A DNA stretch of 64,000 nt from contig CAWAUM010000001.1 in assembly GCA_963785235.1 (NCBI GenBank), positions 256,001 through 320,000 on the forward strand, read 5' to 3'. This document shows positions 21,801-31,684 of the stretch, one piece after another. How positions within the stretch are numbered: position 1 is the stretch's first letter; the number at the start of each line of letters is the position of its first letter. This stretch comes from an uncultured delta proteobacterium (lineage in GTDB: Bacteria; Desulfobacterota; Desulfomonilia; UBA1062). The notes beneath the pieces were generated by a model, which was not told the origin of the DNA, searched no databases, and was given only the letters and a program-made list of their open reading frames with translations. Position numbers and translations under genes: made by a program.

Positions 21801-22060
21801 ATTACCGGCCTTCGCTCTCCATAAAGCGGCAGAGAGTGCTCATAGTTCGACTTTCCCATTATTTCCTTTGCACTGATCCGGGTGAGCTTCTCCATTGCCC
21901 GGTTCCAGATTATCACACGGCCATCCCTGTCGATTGCAAAGGTGGGGTCAGGCAGAAAATCGACCACCTGCGAGAGCAGCAATGTGGCCTCGTCAGGGCT
22001 GTCTTTGCCGGGCTTGATGGTTGTTTTTGACTTTGTCCGGGGTTTTTTTGTCGATTCCAT
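18898..22060 (-). CDS. Multi-PAS hybrid histidine kinase, split by one apparent +1 frameshift near 20070
   Basis: ORF 19988-22060 (PAS domains) joins ORF 18898-20193 (kinase-REC). Removing one C in CACCGTC restores EEERHVYEARLMRSQK, matching the paralogue EEERRTYEARLMRSQK. Confidence 0.85.
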
Positions 22061-22212
22061 CCCTGTTGAATCTCCTTTAATATCCTTCTCATGAATGCAA
22101 ACAAAAAATCATAGAAGGCATATCATGATAAAAAATAATACATTCTCTATCTTATATAATTATTACCGGAGTGCGCAATTACAAGAGTTGATAAAATGAG
22201 AAAACATGCTCT

Positions 22213-24048
22213 TTAGAAGAGTTCCAGATTCTCCCAGTTATCGTCACCGGTGTTCGTTTTCTCAGACCCTGACCTGTCTCGAGGACCTGACTCAAGGTGC
22301 TTCACATGGATGTCACGTTCGCTCTTTGTGGTGTAGAGCCGGTCGAGGGTGGACATGAGAGATGCCGCCAATGATTCAAATCCGGATGGACACGCGAGGC
22401 GTGCGTCGCCGGCGGTAGCCTCAATGTTCTTCATTACCTTATTCAGCACGCTTTCCACCTTCTCGTGCACCGTGATCTTATCAGTTGTATCCTGGAGGTC
22501 CCTCAGGAGTGATTCACCCAGGGTCGTCATTTCCCGGAGCATTGCATGGACGGCGTCATTAATGCTGCCCAGCGACTCGATCAGTTCCCTGAGTTTGTCC
22601 ACCATTAACCCTATGGTCTTTGACTGCTTGTCCTGCATGAGGAGCATGTCTTCCTTGAAGTGCAGCGATATGTCTACCAGGGTTGCCAGGATCTTGCTTA
22701 AATCTCTTGTGTCTTCACGGGCATTCTTTGAAAGCTCGTATATGCTGCCCGAGATCGTATCAAGCATGGCCCCTTCATTCCCCAAGTGTGCAGCCTTGAT
22801 CCGTGCGTTCAGAGCAATGATCTGGAGATTCAATCCCAGCGATTCAATATCTTTGACGAACACGGACATCTCGGACACCATTTCGCTTGCAGAGTTAACC
22901 GTTCCACTTAAGGTTGCATGCTCTTCGGCAATGGCCTTTATGCACTCTATGACCGAGTTTATCCCGCTGTCCAGGCCCTCCATGAAAGACTGCCCCTTTG
23001 TATCAGAGCCCCATGCAACGTCCTGGGTCTCCAGGAGGACATCACCAACATTTTTCGTAATATTCTGGAGGCTCGCGATAACCTTGAACACGGCATTGGC
23101 CAACTCCTCATAGGACTGTTTGAGCTGTGCATGCTGCAGGGTCAGAACATCCCTCACCATGGCGGCCTTTTCGAGCTGGGTGTAATCATCCTTATCAATC
23201 TCTGCACCGAGGTTGTCCAGCACCTCCTTCACATGTTCAAGCTGCTGACGGGTGATGTCATGGAACTGCATGGAGATGACGATGTCGCCGATGTTTGAAG
23301 CTATGTCCCTGCTTACCTGTTCCACGAGCCTTGCAGACTCTGATGCGCTTTTGAATTTTTGGGAAAGGGCCTGGTGATTTGTTACTGCCTTTTCCAGGGT
23401 TATGCGTGCGCTTTCGCTCTGGGTTCTCTCAAAACTAATAATCTTGGTAAGCGCCAGCGTAACGAAGGACTGCACATTTACTGATACCTCGTTGATATGC
23501 AATGATTTCTGTTTGATGATCTCGGAGAGATTCCTCACATCATCGGTCAGTGTTGAAAACCCTGTGTTCTCAGTGAAGATGTGTGCATTTTCCACCCGTG
23601 TAAGAAAGCCCAGCATGGAAAGGTTGAGTACATGCAGTTTGAAGGATTCAATGCTCGATGACAGCTTTGAGAGTTCCAGACGATGCTGCTGGAATACCCT
23701 GCTAATCTGTGAGAAGTGACCTTGAGACTCGTTGATATGATCCTTGAGCTCTTCAAGGATTTCCTGGAGCCCATTCGTGGCGGTTCCCAGTGCCTCGCCG
23801 GTCATGATTTCCACAACCCCGGTCGACTTATCGCACATCTTCTGGGCGCGAGCGTAGTATTCCTGGAGGTTTTCAGCAATTCTGAGGAAATCTTTTTCAG
23901 ACGCCTCGATGAGCCTGTCGAGCAGACTATCCACCTGGTCAATGGAGTTTGTCCAGCCGAACTGAGTTTCCGAGGATATGGCAGTAGTGCTCCCTTTCTT
24001 CTTAATAATGTGCGCGGAAAGGTTTTTCACTGTCCCAAGCAGACTCAT
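22213..24048 (-). CDS. Second atypical soluble chemoreceptor-like protein (611 aa), paralogue of 1430-3265
   Basis: Same length and motifs: MLGFLTRVENA, SMQFHDITRQQLEHV, IALNARIKAAHLG, LYTTKSERDIH; C-terminus NWENLELF. Confidence 0.75.
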   Translation of the reverse strand: MSLLGTVKNLSAHIIKKKGSTTAISSETQFGWTNSIDQVDSLLDRLIEASEKDFLRIAENLQEYYARAQKMCDKSTGVVEIMTGEALGTATNGLQEILEELKDHINESQGHFSQISRVFQQHRLELSKLSSSIESFKLHVLNLSMLGFLTRVENAHIFTENTGFSTLTDDVRNLSEIIKQKSLHINEVSVNVQSFVTLALTKIISFERTQSESARITLEKAVTNHQALSQKFKSASESARLVEQVSRDIASNIGDIVISMQFHDITRQQLEHVKEVLDNLGAEIDKDDYTQLEKAAMVRDVLTLQHAQLKQSYEELANAVFKVIASLQNITKNVGDVLLETQDVAWGSDTKGQSFMEGLDSGINSVIECIKAIAEEHATLSGTVNSASEMVSEMSVFVKDIESLGLNLQIIALNARIKAAHLGNEGAMLDTISGSIYELSKNAREDTRDLSKILATLVDISLHFKEDMLLMQDKQSKTIGLMVDKLRELIESLGSINDAVHAMLREMTTLGESLLRDLQDTTDKITVHEKVESVLNKVMKNIEATAGDARLACPSGFESLAASLMSTLDRLYTTKSERDIHVKHLESGPRDRSGSEKTNTGDDNWENLELF

Positions 24049-24405
24049 ACTATCGGTCCTATCTGAGATGAATGCTCATCTGAGCCGTCTGTCCCTGCTT
24101 TTTCCAAATGACTCTTCCCCTCAATGTCTTAGGATGTCCCTGACCTGTCCATACGGAGGGCCTTTTTTTTGCAAGGACAGATATATTGATCGGTTTGATG
24201 CATGCCTGTACTTTACAGCATCTTTATCCATCTCAGCTGTCATGGGTTTCTCGGAGTCGGTGCTTGGTGATGCCTTTTGAACTTGAGAAGAAGAGACAAC
24301 GGTTTTCAGAGGTGATGGATGAGAAATGGCATGCAGCGCTTCACATGGAATGACAAGTGGGCTATACTCTTGTTTCTTGGACGTTAATAACCTGCAGGAG
24401 ATGCC

Positions 24406-25101
24406 ATGAGCACAACGAAGAAAAAAAGGATCATTATAGCGGAAGATCACACCATCCTTCGGGAAGGGCTGAAGGCGCTTCTTTCCCAGGACCCGGATCT
24501 GGAGATCGTGGGTGAGGCGAGAGACGGGCTGGAGGCCATCAGGGTGATATCCGAGCTCAAGCCGGACCTTGCCCTCATGGACCTCTCCATGCCCAAGATG
24601 AGCGGGATCGATGCCATCAGGGAGGCCAAGCGGTGCTGCCCCGATACCAAGATCCTCGTGCTCACGGTGCACAAGAACGAAGAATATGTCATCGCAAGCC
24701 TCAAGGCCGGGGCCAACGGGTATCTCCTCAAGGAATCCACTCACCAGGAGCTTCTGCAGGCCGTCTCTCACGTGCTGGACGGGAAACCGTATCTGTCGCC
24801 CGGGATATCAGATACCATCATCTCGGGTTATCTTGCAGGCAGGAAAAATGAGGTGAATTCCCCTGTGGACATGCTCAGCCAGAGGGAGAAAGAGGTCTTG
24901 AAGCTCGTTGCGGAAGGGCATAAGAACAAGGAGATTGCCGAATTCCTGTTCATCAGCATCAAGACGGTGGAAAAGCACCGTGACAATATCATGAAAAAGC
25001 TCGATCTCCACAGCACCTGGGCACTGACGACCTTTGCCATAGAGCACGGTCTCGTGGAGTCTGACAGGGGACCTACGAACCAGGATCCCTCATCATCATG
25101 A
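24406..25101 (+). CDS. NarL/LuxR-family response regulator
   Basis: REC (EDH, LMDLSMP) plus HTH LSQREKEVLKLVAEGHKNKEIAEFLFISIKTVEKHR. Confidence 0.95.
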   Translation: MSTTKKKRIIIAEDHTILREGLKALLSQDPDLEIVGEARDGLEAIRVISELKPDLALMDLSMPKMSGIDAIREAKRCCPDTKILVLTVHKNEEYVIASLKAGANGYLLKESTHQELLQAVSHVLDGKPYLSPGISDTIISGYLAGRKNEVNSPVDMLSQREKEVLKLVAEGHKNKEIAEFLFISIKTVEKHRDNIMKKLDLHSTWALTTFAIEHGLVESDRGPTNQDPSSS

Positions 25102-26716
25102 TCGCCAGGTGGACATGATGAGGGTGCCGAGCCCCTTGACCGAGTCGATGGAGAAGCAGCCCCCCGAGAGGTCCGTGCGTTCCTCCATGCTGGCAAGGCC
25201 CATGCCCTTGCCGCTGTCTTCACGCAGGATATTTTCCTGAACGTCAAACCCTTGCCCGTTATCCGAGATGGAGAGCTCGATGCTGCCGGCTTCCTTGGCG
25301 AGAGAGATATCCACGGTATCTGCCCGGCTGTGTTTGGCCGCATTGTTCAGCGCCTCCTGGATGATCCTGAATATGATGATCTTCAGGTGTTCAGGCACGT
25401 CGGCCTCTTCCAGGGTGATGCTCGCATTGACCTTGATGGAGGTGTATACGGCCTGGAATTCCCGGCAGAACCAGGATATGGTGGCGAGGATGCCCAGGTC
25501 GTCAAGGATGGACGGCCTGAGGTCCATGGAGATCCTTCTCACCTCCTCGATGGTTGCCTGGATGACAGGGATGCTCTCCTTGAGGGATGCCAGCCCCGAT
25601 TCGGATGAACCCTTTTCCATGCGGCTGATGATGTTCTCCAGGTTGAACTTGATGGAGCTCAGGTACTGCCCTACACTGTCGTGGAGCTCGTGTGCAATGC
25701 GCTTGCGCTCCTCCTCCTTGGCCGTTATGAGCTGGGAGGAGAGGATCTTCAGGTTCTTCTCGGAGCGCATGAGGTTTTCCCGGCTGAGTTTGCTCTCCGT
25801 GATATCCTCCATGTGGACCAGGACCATGTCGGGCGGGACATAAGACGAGGTGAAGGCGATGAATTTCTCTTCTTCCGTGGTGAACATACGGTAGGGCGAT
25901 TCCCTCCTGATGGTGCTTGTCTGTGCAAAGGAGACGGTGATGTCCTGAATGATATCGGGCCGGTCATGGTAGAGGTCGCTGATGGTCCTCCCGATGAAGT
26001 TGGAAATAAGCCCCTGGGTGAAGTCTTCCGTGGCCTTGTTGTAATCAACCAGCACGAAATCGTCTCCCGATTTTTTCCAGGTGAAGGTGGGGACCGGGAT
26101 ACCCCGGTACTGTGCCCTCAACATCTCCTCGCTCTGCCGGAGCGCCTCTTCCATGCGGGCGCGTTCCACGATCTCCTTTTTCAGCTGTTCGTTGGTCGCC
26201 ATCAGCTCTGCGGTCCGCTGCCTAACCTGTCTTTCCAGATCATCCCGGGCCTTTTGCAGCGCCAGCTGGTCCTGTTTGTGCGTGGTGATGTCCTTGGCCA
26301 CGACTGCAATGCCCGATACGGATCTGTCGTCCTCGAAGAAACGGGTAGAAGTTCATGACCAGGTAATGCCTCCCCCATAAAGGATATTCGAACCAGTCTT
26401 CAAGGGAGGTCTCCTGTCCGGCCAGGCACCTGTCCAGTTGTATCTTGATCCTTTTCTCGAATGTCTTTCTGCCCAGGAGTTCTTCAAGGGTATGTCCCAC
26501 GATCTCCTGACGTGACCTGTTGAACATGTTGAGGAAGACATCGTTAACGGCCAGGCAGGTATAGTTTCTGTCGATATACCCCATGGGGTCCTGAATGGCA
26601 GAGAAGATCAGTTCGTATTTGCGAAGCGTACCCTTGGTCTTTTTGCGGCTCTGGAATTCCTGTTCAAGCTCCATGAGCCTTTTTTCCAGCTCTTCATAAG
26701 TCGGTTTCCTGACCAT
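25096..26716 (-). CDS. PAS-PAS HisKA_3 sensor kinase, one apparent +1 frameshift near 26340
   Basis: EERKRIAHELHDSVGQ, EALNNAAKHS, DNGQGF and GMGLASMEER motifs. The upstream PAS ORF 26240-26716 rejoins as YPFFEDDRSVSGIAVVAKDIT if one T is removed. Confidence 0.85.
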
Positions 26717-26949
26717 CGGTATCCTCCCCGGCCCGGTTTCATGGTGTGTTGGCCATTATCCCACAACTTTTCACCATGGTATAGGGACCGTGTTATCACT
26801 CCTGTAGGTAGAAAGTGATCCGGCGTACGGATGAAATACCCGATTCTCAGGTAATGGAAAAGGTGAAAGTTCCATGCGGGACACATCGACATAGGGCTCA
26901 AGAGTGGTATCCTCATGTGGTATCCGGAATACATGAGTCCTGGGTGGCC

Positions 26950-28830
26950 TTACTCTTCTTCCTTCTTTTCTTCACCGCTGAAGGAGATCTTGACTTCATA
27001 TACACCGTACTCCAGCGTTGACTTCACGGGATATCCGGATCTGGCGAATACCTTCATCATGGGGGTGTTCTGCGACAGGACATCTGCCGTGAACCCCTTT
27101 ATCTTCTTTTCCTTTGCAATGCGGATCAGATACTGGAGCAGGAATAAGCCGATGCCCCTCTTCTGCCAGTCCTTGTTGGTGGTAAAGGCAACCTCTGCGA
27201 AGTTGGTCTGGGGGTCGCGGATATAACGTCCTACAGCCACTATCTTTTCTTTGCTCTCGGGTTCTTCCTTGCCGGTTACTGCGGCGATGGCCATTTTGTC
27301 GTTGTAGTCGATGGCGGAAAGAGGCATGGCAACCTTGTGGGGGAAGGCCTTCAGGTTATGGAAGAACCTGGTGATGATATCGTGTTCCGGCAGGGCATAG
27401 ATCATTTCCTGGATCGAGCGTTCATCCGTGGCCTTCACCGGGCGGAAAAAGATCTCGGTCCCTCCATTGTCGGTGTAGTATGTCTCGTACTCCTTCGGGT
27501 AGAGAACCACCGGCAGGATCTGGTCCCTATACACGTAACCCTGTTCCTTGGCCTTTTCCAGAAGCTCATCACGGAAGTCCGGATGTGCAATATTGATCAG
27601 GGCCATGGCCCTGTCCCGTATGGATTTTCCATGCACATATGCGACACCATATTCCGTGACCACATAGTGGATGTCGCCCCTGGTTACGACGATCCCGCTG
27701 CCCGGATAATGATACGGGACGATCCTTGACTTCTTGCCGTCATCCGTAGTGGAGGGCAGCACCATAATGGATTTCCCCCTCCTGGACATGGCCGAGCCGC
27801 GCACAAAGTCCACCTGCCCCCCGATGCCGCTGTAAAACTCGAAGCCCAGAGAATCGGAGCACACCTGGCCGGTAATGTCCACGGTTAGGGCCGAGTTGAT
27901 GGAGACCATCTTGTCATTTTGGGCAATGACATAGGGATCGTTCACATACCGGCAGGGCCTGAACTCGAAGAGCGGGTTGTTGTGCACATAGTCGTACAGG
28001 CGTTTGGTGCCCATGCAGAAGGCGGCCACGACCTTGCCGGGGTTTAACGATTTCTTCTTGCAGGTGATGACCCCGGCCTCGATAAGATCGATGAGCCCTT
28101 CCGTGAACGTCTCTGTATGGACACCCAGGTCCCTCTTGTTCATAAGGTAAGGGAATACGGAGTTCGGGATCCTGCCCACACCGGTCTGTATGGTGGATTC
28201 GTTCTCGATGAGTTCGGCAATATGCTCGCCGATGTTCTTGGCGATGCAATCGGGCGCCTTCTGTATGAAATCAAGGAGTGGAACATCGTTTTCGACAAAG
28301 GCATTTATCTCGCTTACATGAAGGAAGCTGTCACCGAGCGTGCGGGGCATATTCGGATTGACCTCCGCAACGACATAGCCGGCGGTTTCTGCCGCTGTTT
28401 TCGTGATATCCACAGACACGCCCAGGCTTACATAACCGTTGTTATCCGGAGGAGAGACCGTTATGAGTGCGACATCAATCGGCATGCTGCCGCGTTGCAT
28501 GAGCAGCGGTACCTCTGAGAGGAAGACAGGGGTATAATCCGCCCTGCCTTCCTTGATGGCAGCGCGTGTGCTGGACCCGATGAACAACGCGTTGTGGCGG
28601 AAGTTTTCATTGAACTTCTCATCGGTATAAGGGGCTATCCCCAGGTCAAGGAAGTGGATGATCTCGGTGTCCACAAGGTTCGGCGCCACATCGATGAGGG
28701 TCTTTACCAGGAGCTGTGGCTCTCCGCAGGCAGAGCCTATAAATACCCTGGCGCCCCTGTGGATGCCGGAAAGGGCTGTCCTCGCATCAGTGAGCCTTTG
28801 TAAATAGGTTTCCCGCCAATCGAGTATCAT
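26950..28830 (-). CDS. Acetyl-CoA hydrolase/CoA-transferase fused to a C-terminal GNAT acetyltransferase
   Basis: VAEVNPNMP, QTGVGRIP, LGVHTE, SGIGGQVDFVRG, VVTEYG and IAHPDFRDEL motifs; then GNAT AEVAF...WQKRGIG...N.PM..VF. Confidence 0.9.
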   Translation of the reverse strand: MILDWRETYLQRLTDARTALSGIHRGARVFIGSACGEPQLLVKTLIDVAPNLVDTEIIHFLDLGIAPYTDEKFNENFRHNALFIGSSTRAAIKEGRADYTPVFLSEVPLLMQRGSMPIDVALITVSPPDNNGYVSLGVSVDITKTAAETAGYVVAEVNPNMPRTLGDSFLHVSEINAFVENDVPLLDFIQKAPDCIAKNIGEHIAELIENESTIQTGVGRIPNSVFPYLMNKRDLGVHTETFTEGLIDLIEAGVITCKKKSLNPGKVVAAFCMGTKRLYDYVHNNPLFEFRPCRYVNDPYVIAQNDKMVSINSALTVDITGQVCSDSLGFEFYSGIGGQVDFVRGSAMSRRGKSIMVLPSTTDDGKKSRIVPYHYPGSGIVVTRGDIHYVVTEYGVAYVHGKSIRDRAMALINIAHPDFRDELLEKAKEQGYVYRDQILPVVLYPKEYETYYTDNGGTEIFFRPVKATDERSIQEMIYALPEHDIITRFFHNLKAFPHKVAMPLSAIDYNDKMAIAAVTGKEEPESKEKIVAVGRYIRDPQTNFAEVAFTTNKDWQKRGIGLFLLQYLIRIAKEKKIKGFTADVLSQNTPMMKVFARSGYPVKSTLEYGVYEVKISFSGEEKKEEE

Positions 28831-28957
28831 GCAATTTTCCCTCGCCCGGCAACGGGTGCAATCAAGACACGCGCTTATGCCGAAAAAGCCTTGAACCTTG
28901 TCTTGATGGAATCAAGTTCAACCTTTAAAGGATTATACGGATGAACCGGAAATTAAT

Positions 28958-29002
28958 ATATCAGGTGAACAGCGCATTGTTCGCTACGGGATCATGTATT
29001 TT
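28958..29002 (-). promoter_or_regulatory. Conserved upstream element, copy C
   Basis: Minus strand AAAATACATGATCCCGTAGCGAACAATGCGCTGTTCACCTGATAT aligns with the copies at 32306 and 34517. Confidence 0.6.
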
Positions 29003-29180
29003 CAATATCGATCATTTCTTCCACGTTAATTCTTTTCGCTCTTCCCGTTCGCGTCACCCGACGCTTCATCCCCCCCTGCACCGGAAAAAAATCGAAACTC
29101 TGTGTCACACACGGGGCAAGAAGTTGTATAAGAGGCAGGAGGGGAAAGAATATGAACATGATCCACCCCCGGGTGAGAAG

Positions 29181-30059
29181 ATGAACAATCCGTTCCAAGA
29201 AGTACCGGCAGACGGGCACGAAGAGACAGCGCTGATCAGGAGGTGCCTCTCGGGCGACCCGACAGCCCTGGAGGCCCTGGTCCTGGATCACCAGGCCTGG
29301 ATCTACAACATTGCCATGCGCATGGTCATGGACCCGTTCATGGCCGAGGACATCACCCAGGAGGTCCTCATCAGGATTATAACCCGGCTGTCGACCTTTG
29401 ACCCTGGCAAGGCCGCCTTCAGGACCTGGGCATACCGCATCGTTGTCAACCACATCATCAATGCCGGAAAGAGCAGGAAGGAGGTCCTGGTCTCGGACCT
29501 CGCAAAAGACAAGGGCTTCGAGGAATACGCGGCGCACATCCCGGACCGGAGGCAGCCCCATGCCTGCCCTGCCCCGATCGCCGAGGAGGCCAAGGTCACC
29601 TGTGTGAACTGCATCCTGCTCTCCCTGAACCGGAGGGAACGGATGGTGTTCATCCTAGGTGTGATCTTCGGTGTGGGGCACGCCGTGGGCGGCGAGATCT
29701 GCGGGGTAACCCGGGACAATTATCGCAAGATCCTCTCCCGGGGCCGGAGCAAGGTGTTCACCTTTTTCCGGGAGAACTGCGGGCTCATCAGCGAGGACAA
29801 TCCCTGCCGCTGCGAATACCATGTGAAGCCCATGCTCGCGATGAAGCTCATGGACCCGGCAGACCTCCTGGCGGACAAGGAGAGCCTGGGCACGGTCAAG
29901 GAGGTCATTTCCGGCGCCGTCCGGGGCATCGAGGAATCGTACGAGGAATTCGTCGCGCTCTTCCGTGACCAGCCTTTCCTGAAGTCGCCGGACATGGTGA
30001 GCTGGCTCAAAGATCTCGTGGAACGCAAGGAAATCAAGGCGATTATGCACATGTACTAG
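29181..30059 (+). CDS. ECF sigma factor with a Cys-rich C-terminal extension
   Basis: AEDITQEVLI, FRTWAYRIVVN, LNRRERMVF and region-4 HTH; CVNC and NCGLISEDNPCRC motifs; no anti-sigma gene adjacent. Confidence 0.85.
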   Translation: MNNPFQEVPADGHEETALIRRCLSGDPTALEALVLDHQAWIYNIAMRMVMDPFMAEDITQEVLIRIITRLSTFDPGKAAFRTWAYRIVVNHIINAGKSRKEVLVSDLAKDKGFEEYAAHIPDRRQPHACPAPIAEEAKVTCVNCILLSLNRRERMVFILGVIFGVGHAVGGEICGVTRDNYRKILSRGRSKVFTFFRENCGLISEDNPCRCEYHVKPMLAMKLMDPADLLADKESLGTVKEVISGAVRGIEESYEEFVALFRDQPFLKSPDMVSWLKDLVERKEIKAIMHMY

Positions 30060-30077
30060 CATGAAAGGAGCAATCTC

Positions 30078-30518
30078 ATGGTCAATAGGGAAACAGTCGC
30101 CCCCTGCGGGCTTTATTGCGGAGTATGTGGTATCTACCAGGCAACAGTCACCAACGATTCGGATCTGAAGGCGAAATTCGCCCGGGCCTACGGCGTCCCG
30201 GCAGAAAACCTTGCCTGCCTCGGCTGCCGCTCAAACCAGATTTTTGAATACTGTAGGGTCTGCGGCATTAAGTCCTGCGCAGCAGAGAAGGACCTCGAGG
30301 GTTGCCACCTGTGCGCCGACTTCCCCTGCGACAAGGTGGAGGCCTTCCCGGTGCCCGAGGGAAAGCTGAACATCCTCCGTGCCGTACCCCGGTGGCGGGA
30401 GCTGGGTACCGAGCAGTGGGTCGCCGAGGAGGTGAAGCTCTTCAGCTGCAAATCCTGCGGAAACCAGATGTTCCGCGGTGCAAAGAAATGCCGGAAGTGC
30501 AGCACCCTGGTGGGCTGA
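30078..30518 (+). CDS. Cys-rich DUF3795-like protein with a C-terminal zinc ribbon
   Basis: APCGLYCGVC, CLGC, CRVC.IKSC, CHLCADFPC and CKSC...CRKC motifs; AAAGGAG RBS. Confidence 0.8.
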   Translation: MVNRETVAPCGLYCGVCGIYQATVTNDSDLKAKFARAYGVPAENLACLGCRSNQIFEYCRVCGIKSCAAEKDLEGCHLCADFPCDKVEAFPVPEGKLNILRAVPRWRELGTEQWVAEEVKLFSCKSCGNQMFRGAKKCRKCSTLVG

Positions 30519-30619
30519 GGTTTTTTAAGGAAGCATCGGTCTTGTGGGGCCACCCAGTATCATAGGCCAGAGAGCCAAGAGCGCTTTGTAGGATCTGATT
30601 TTATACAGAGGATACAACC

Positions 30620-30654
30620 ATGAGGAGGCCTCATGAAGGGCCTCCTCATTTTTT
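30620..30654 (+). terminator. Intrinsic terminator between convergent genes
   Basis: ATGAGGAGGCC-loop-GGCCTCCTCAT followed by TTTTT. Confidence 0.75.
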
Positions 30655-30661
30655 ATGCCTG

Positions 30662-31519
30662 TTACTTGGGATAATCGAATACACCTTTGCCTGACTTCCT
30701 CCCGAAGCGTCCCGCCCGCACCAGCTTCAAGAGCATTGGCGCAGGTCTATACTTGTCTCCTAATTCCTTATGCAGACCTTCCATGACGTGCAGCAGAGTA
30801 TCAAGGCCGATAAGGTCGCCCAGGGATAACGGTCCGATGGGATGATTGCATCCCAGCACCATGCTTTTGTCGATGTCTTCGGCGCTCGCGAGCTTGTCGC
30901 CGAGGACAAAGAATGCCTCATTGATCATGGTGCACAGTATCCTGTTCACGACAAATGCAGGTCCTTCATCGACAATGATGCATTCCTTTCCCAGCTTGGC
31001 GCCCCAGGCCAGTGCTACACGCAGCGTTTCCTCAGAGGTTTCATACCCCTTGATGACTTCCAGGAGTTTCATGACAGGGACCGGGTTGAAAAAGTGGGTT
31101 CCAATGAACTTGCCGGGCCGTTTTGTGGCAGAGGCCATCTCGGTGAGGCTCAGCCCCGAGGTGTTGCTGAAAATCAGGCAATGGTCCGGGATAATCTCTT
31201 CCAGCTCCTTGAAGACCTTCTTCTTTATATCCATGACCTCGATGACCACCTCCACCACTACATCCGCATCGGTTGCTGCAACCTTGAGGTCTATGGTCGG
31301 GGTGATCCGGGAGAGGATAGTGTCCATCTCTTCCTGTTTTTTTCTGCCCTTCTTGACATCATTGCCCAGGTTTTTTCTGATCATGCTCATGCCGCTGACA
31401 ATGAACCGCTGCTCGATATCCCTCATGGTCACCTGGTAACCGGCCTGTGCACATATCTGCACGATCCCGCTGCCCATCAACCCGGCGCCCAAAACGCATA
31501 CCTTCTTTATTTCCATCAT
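30662..31519 (-). CDS. hbd: 3-hydroxybutyryl-CoA (3-hydroxyacyl-CoA) dehydrogenase
   Basis: [41 protein letters not shown] and HPIGPL...DLIGLD motifs. Confidence 0.92.
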   Translation of the reverse strand: MMEIKKVCVLGAGLMGSGIVQICAQAGYQVTMRDIEQRFIVSGMSMIRKNLGNDVKKGRKKQEEMDTILSRITPTIDLKVAATDADVVVEVVIEVMDIKKKVFKELEEIIPDHCLIFSNTSGLSLTEMASATKRPGKFIGTHFFNPVPVMKLLEVIKGYETSEETLRVALAWGAKLGKECIIVDEGPAFVVNRILCTMINEAFFVLGDKLASAEDIDKSMVLGCNHPIGPLSLGDLIGLDTLLHVMEGLHKELGDKYRPAPMLLKLVRAGRFGRKSGKGVFDYPK

Positions 31520-31552
31520 ATTCTCCTTTGTCGGAAATCATTCCTACCGGTT

Positions 31553-31684
31553 CTATCTTGAACCCATTGGCATCATACCCAAAGGGATCAGCGCATTCAT
31601 GGGTGGGTTGTTGATCTCCATAAGGGCCACGCCCGTTATAGGGACGCAGTAGTAACAACAGCTGCCTTCATTGATAATGCTCAT
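31553..31684 (-). pseudogene. N-terminal remnant of an enoyl-CoA hydratase (crotonase), 43 aa
   Basis: Strong RBS AAAGGAGG, then MSIINEGSCCYYCVPITGVALMEINNPPMNALIPLGMMPMGSR*. GVALMEINNPPMNAL matches the crotonase N-terminal motif; lies directly upstream of hbd. Confidence 0.6.

Noticed and set aside
24049-24405. Possible c-di-GMP riboswitch or sigma54 promoter upstream of the second atypical receptor
   Set aside because: I could not find the GEMM core motifs or a GG-N10-GC spacing by eye; an Rfam scan would be needed.
26608-26934. 108-aa minus-strand ORF upstream of the HisKA_3 kinase
   Set aside because: No family features; overlaps the kinase start, which has its own GGAGG RBS.
28903-28915. 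FNR-like box TTGAT-GGA-ATCAA
   Set aside because: The spacer is 3 nt rather than the required 4; it may belong to a local palindrome but cannot be supported as an FNR site.
28941-29180. 80-aa N-terminal extension of the ECF sigma
   Set aside because: Not sigma-like, and it runs through promoter/regulatory sequence.
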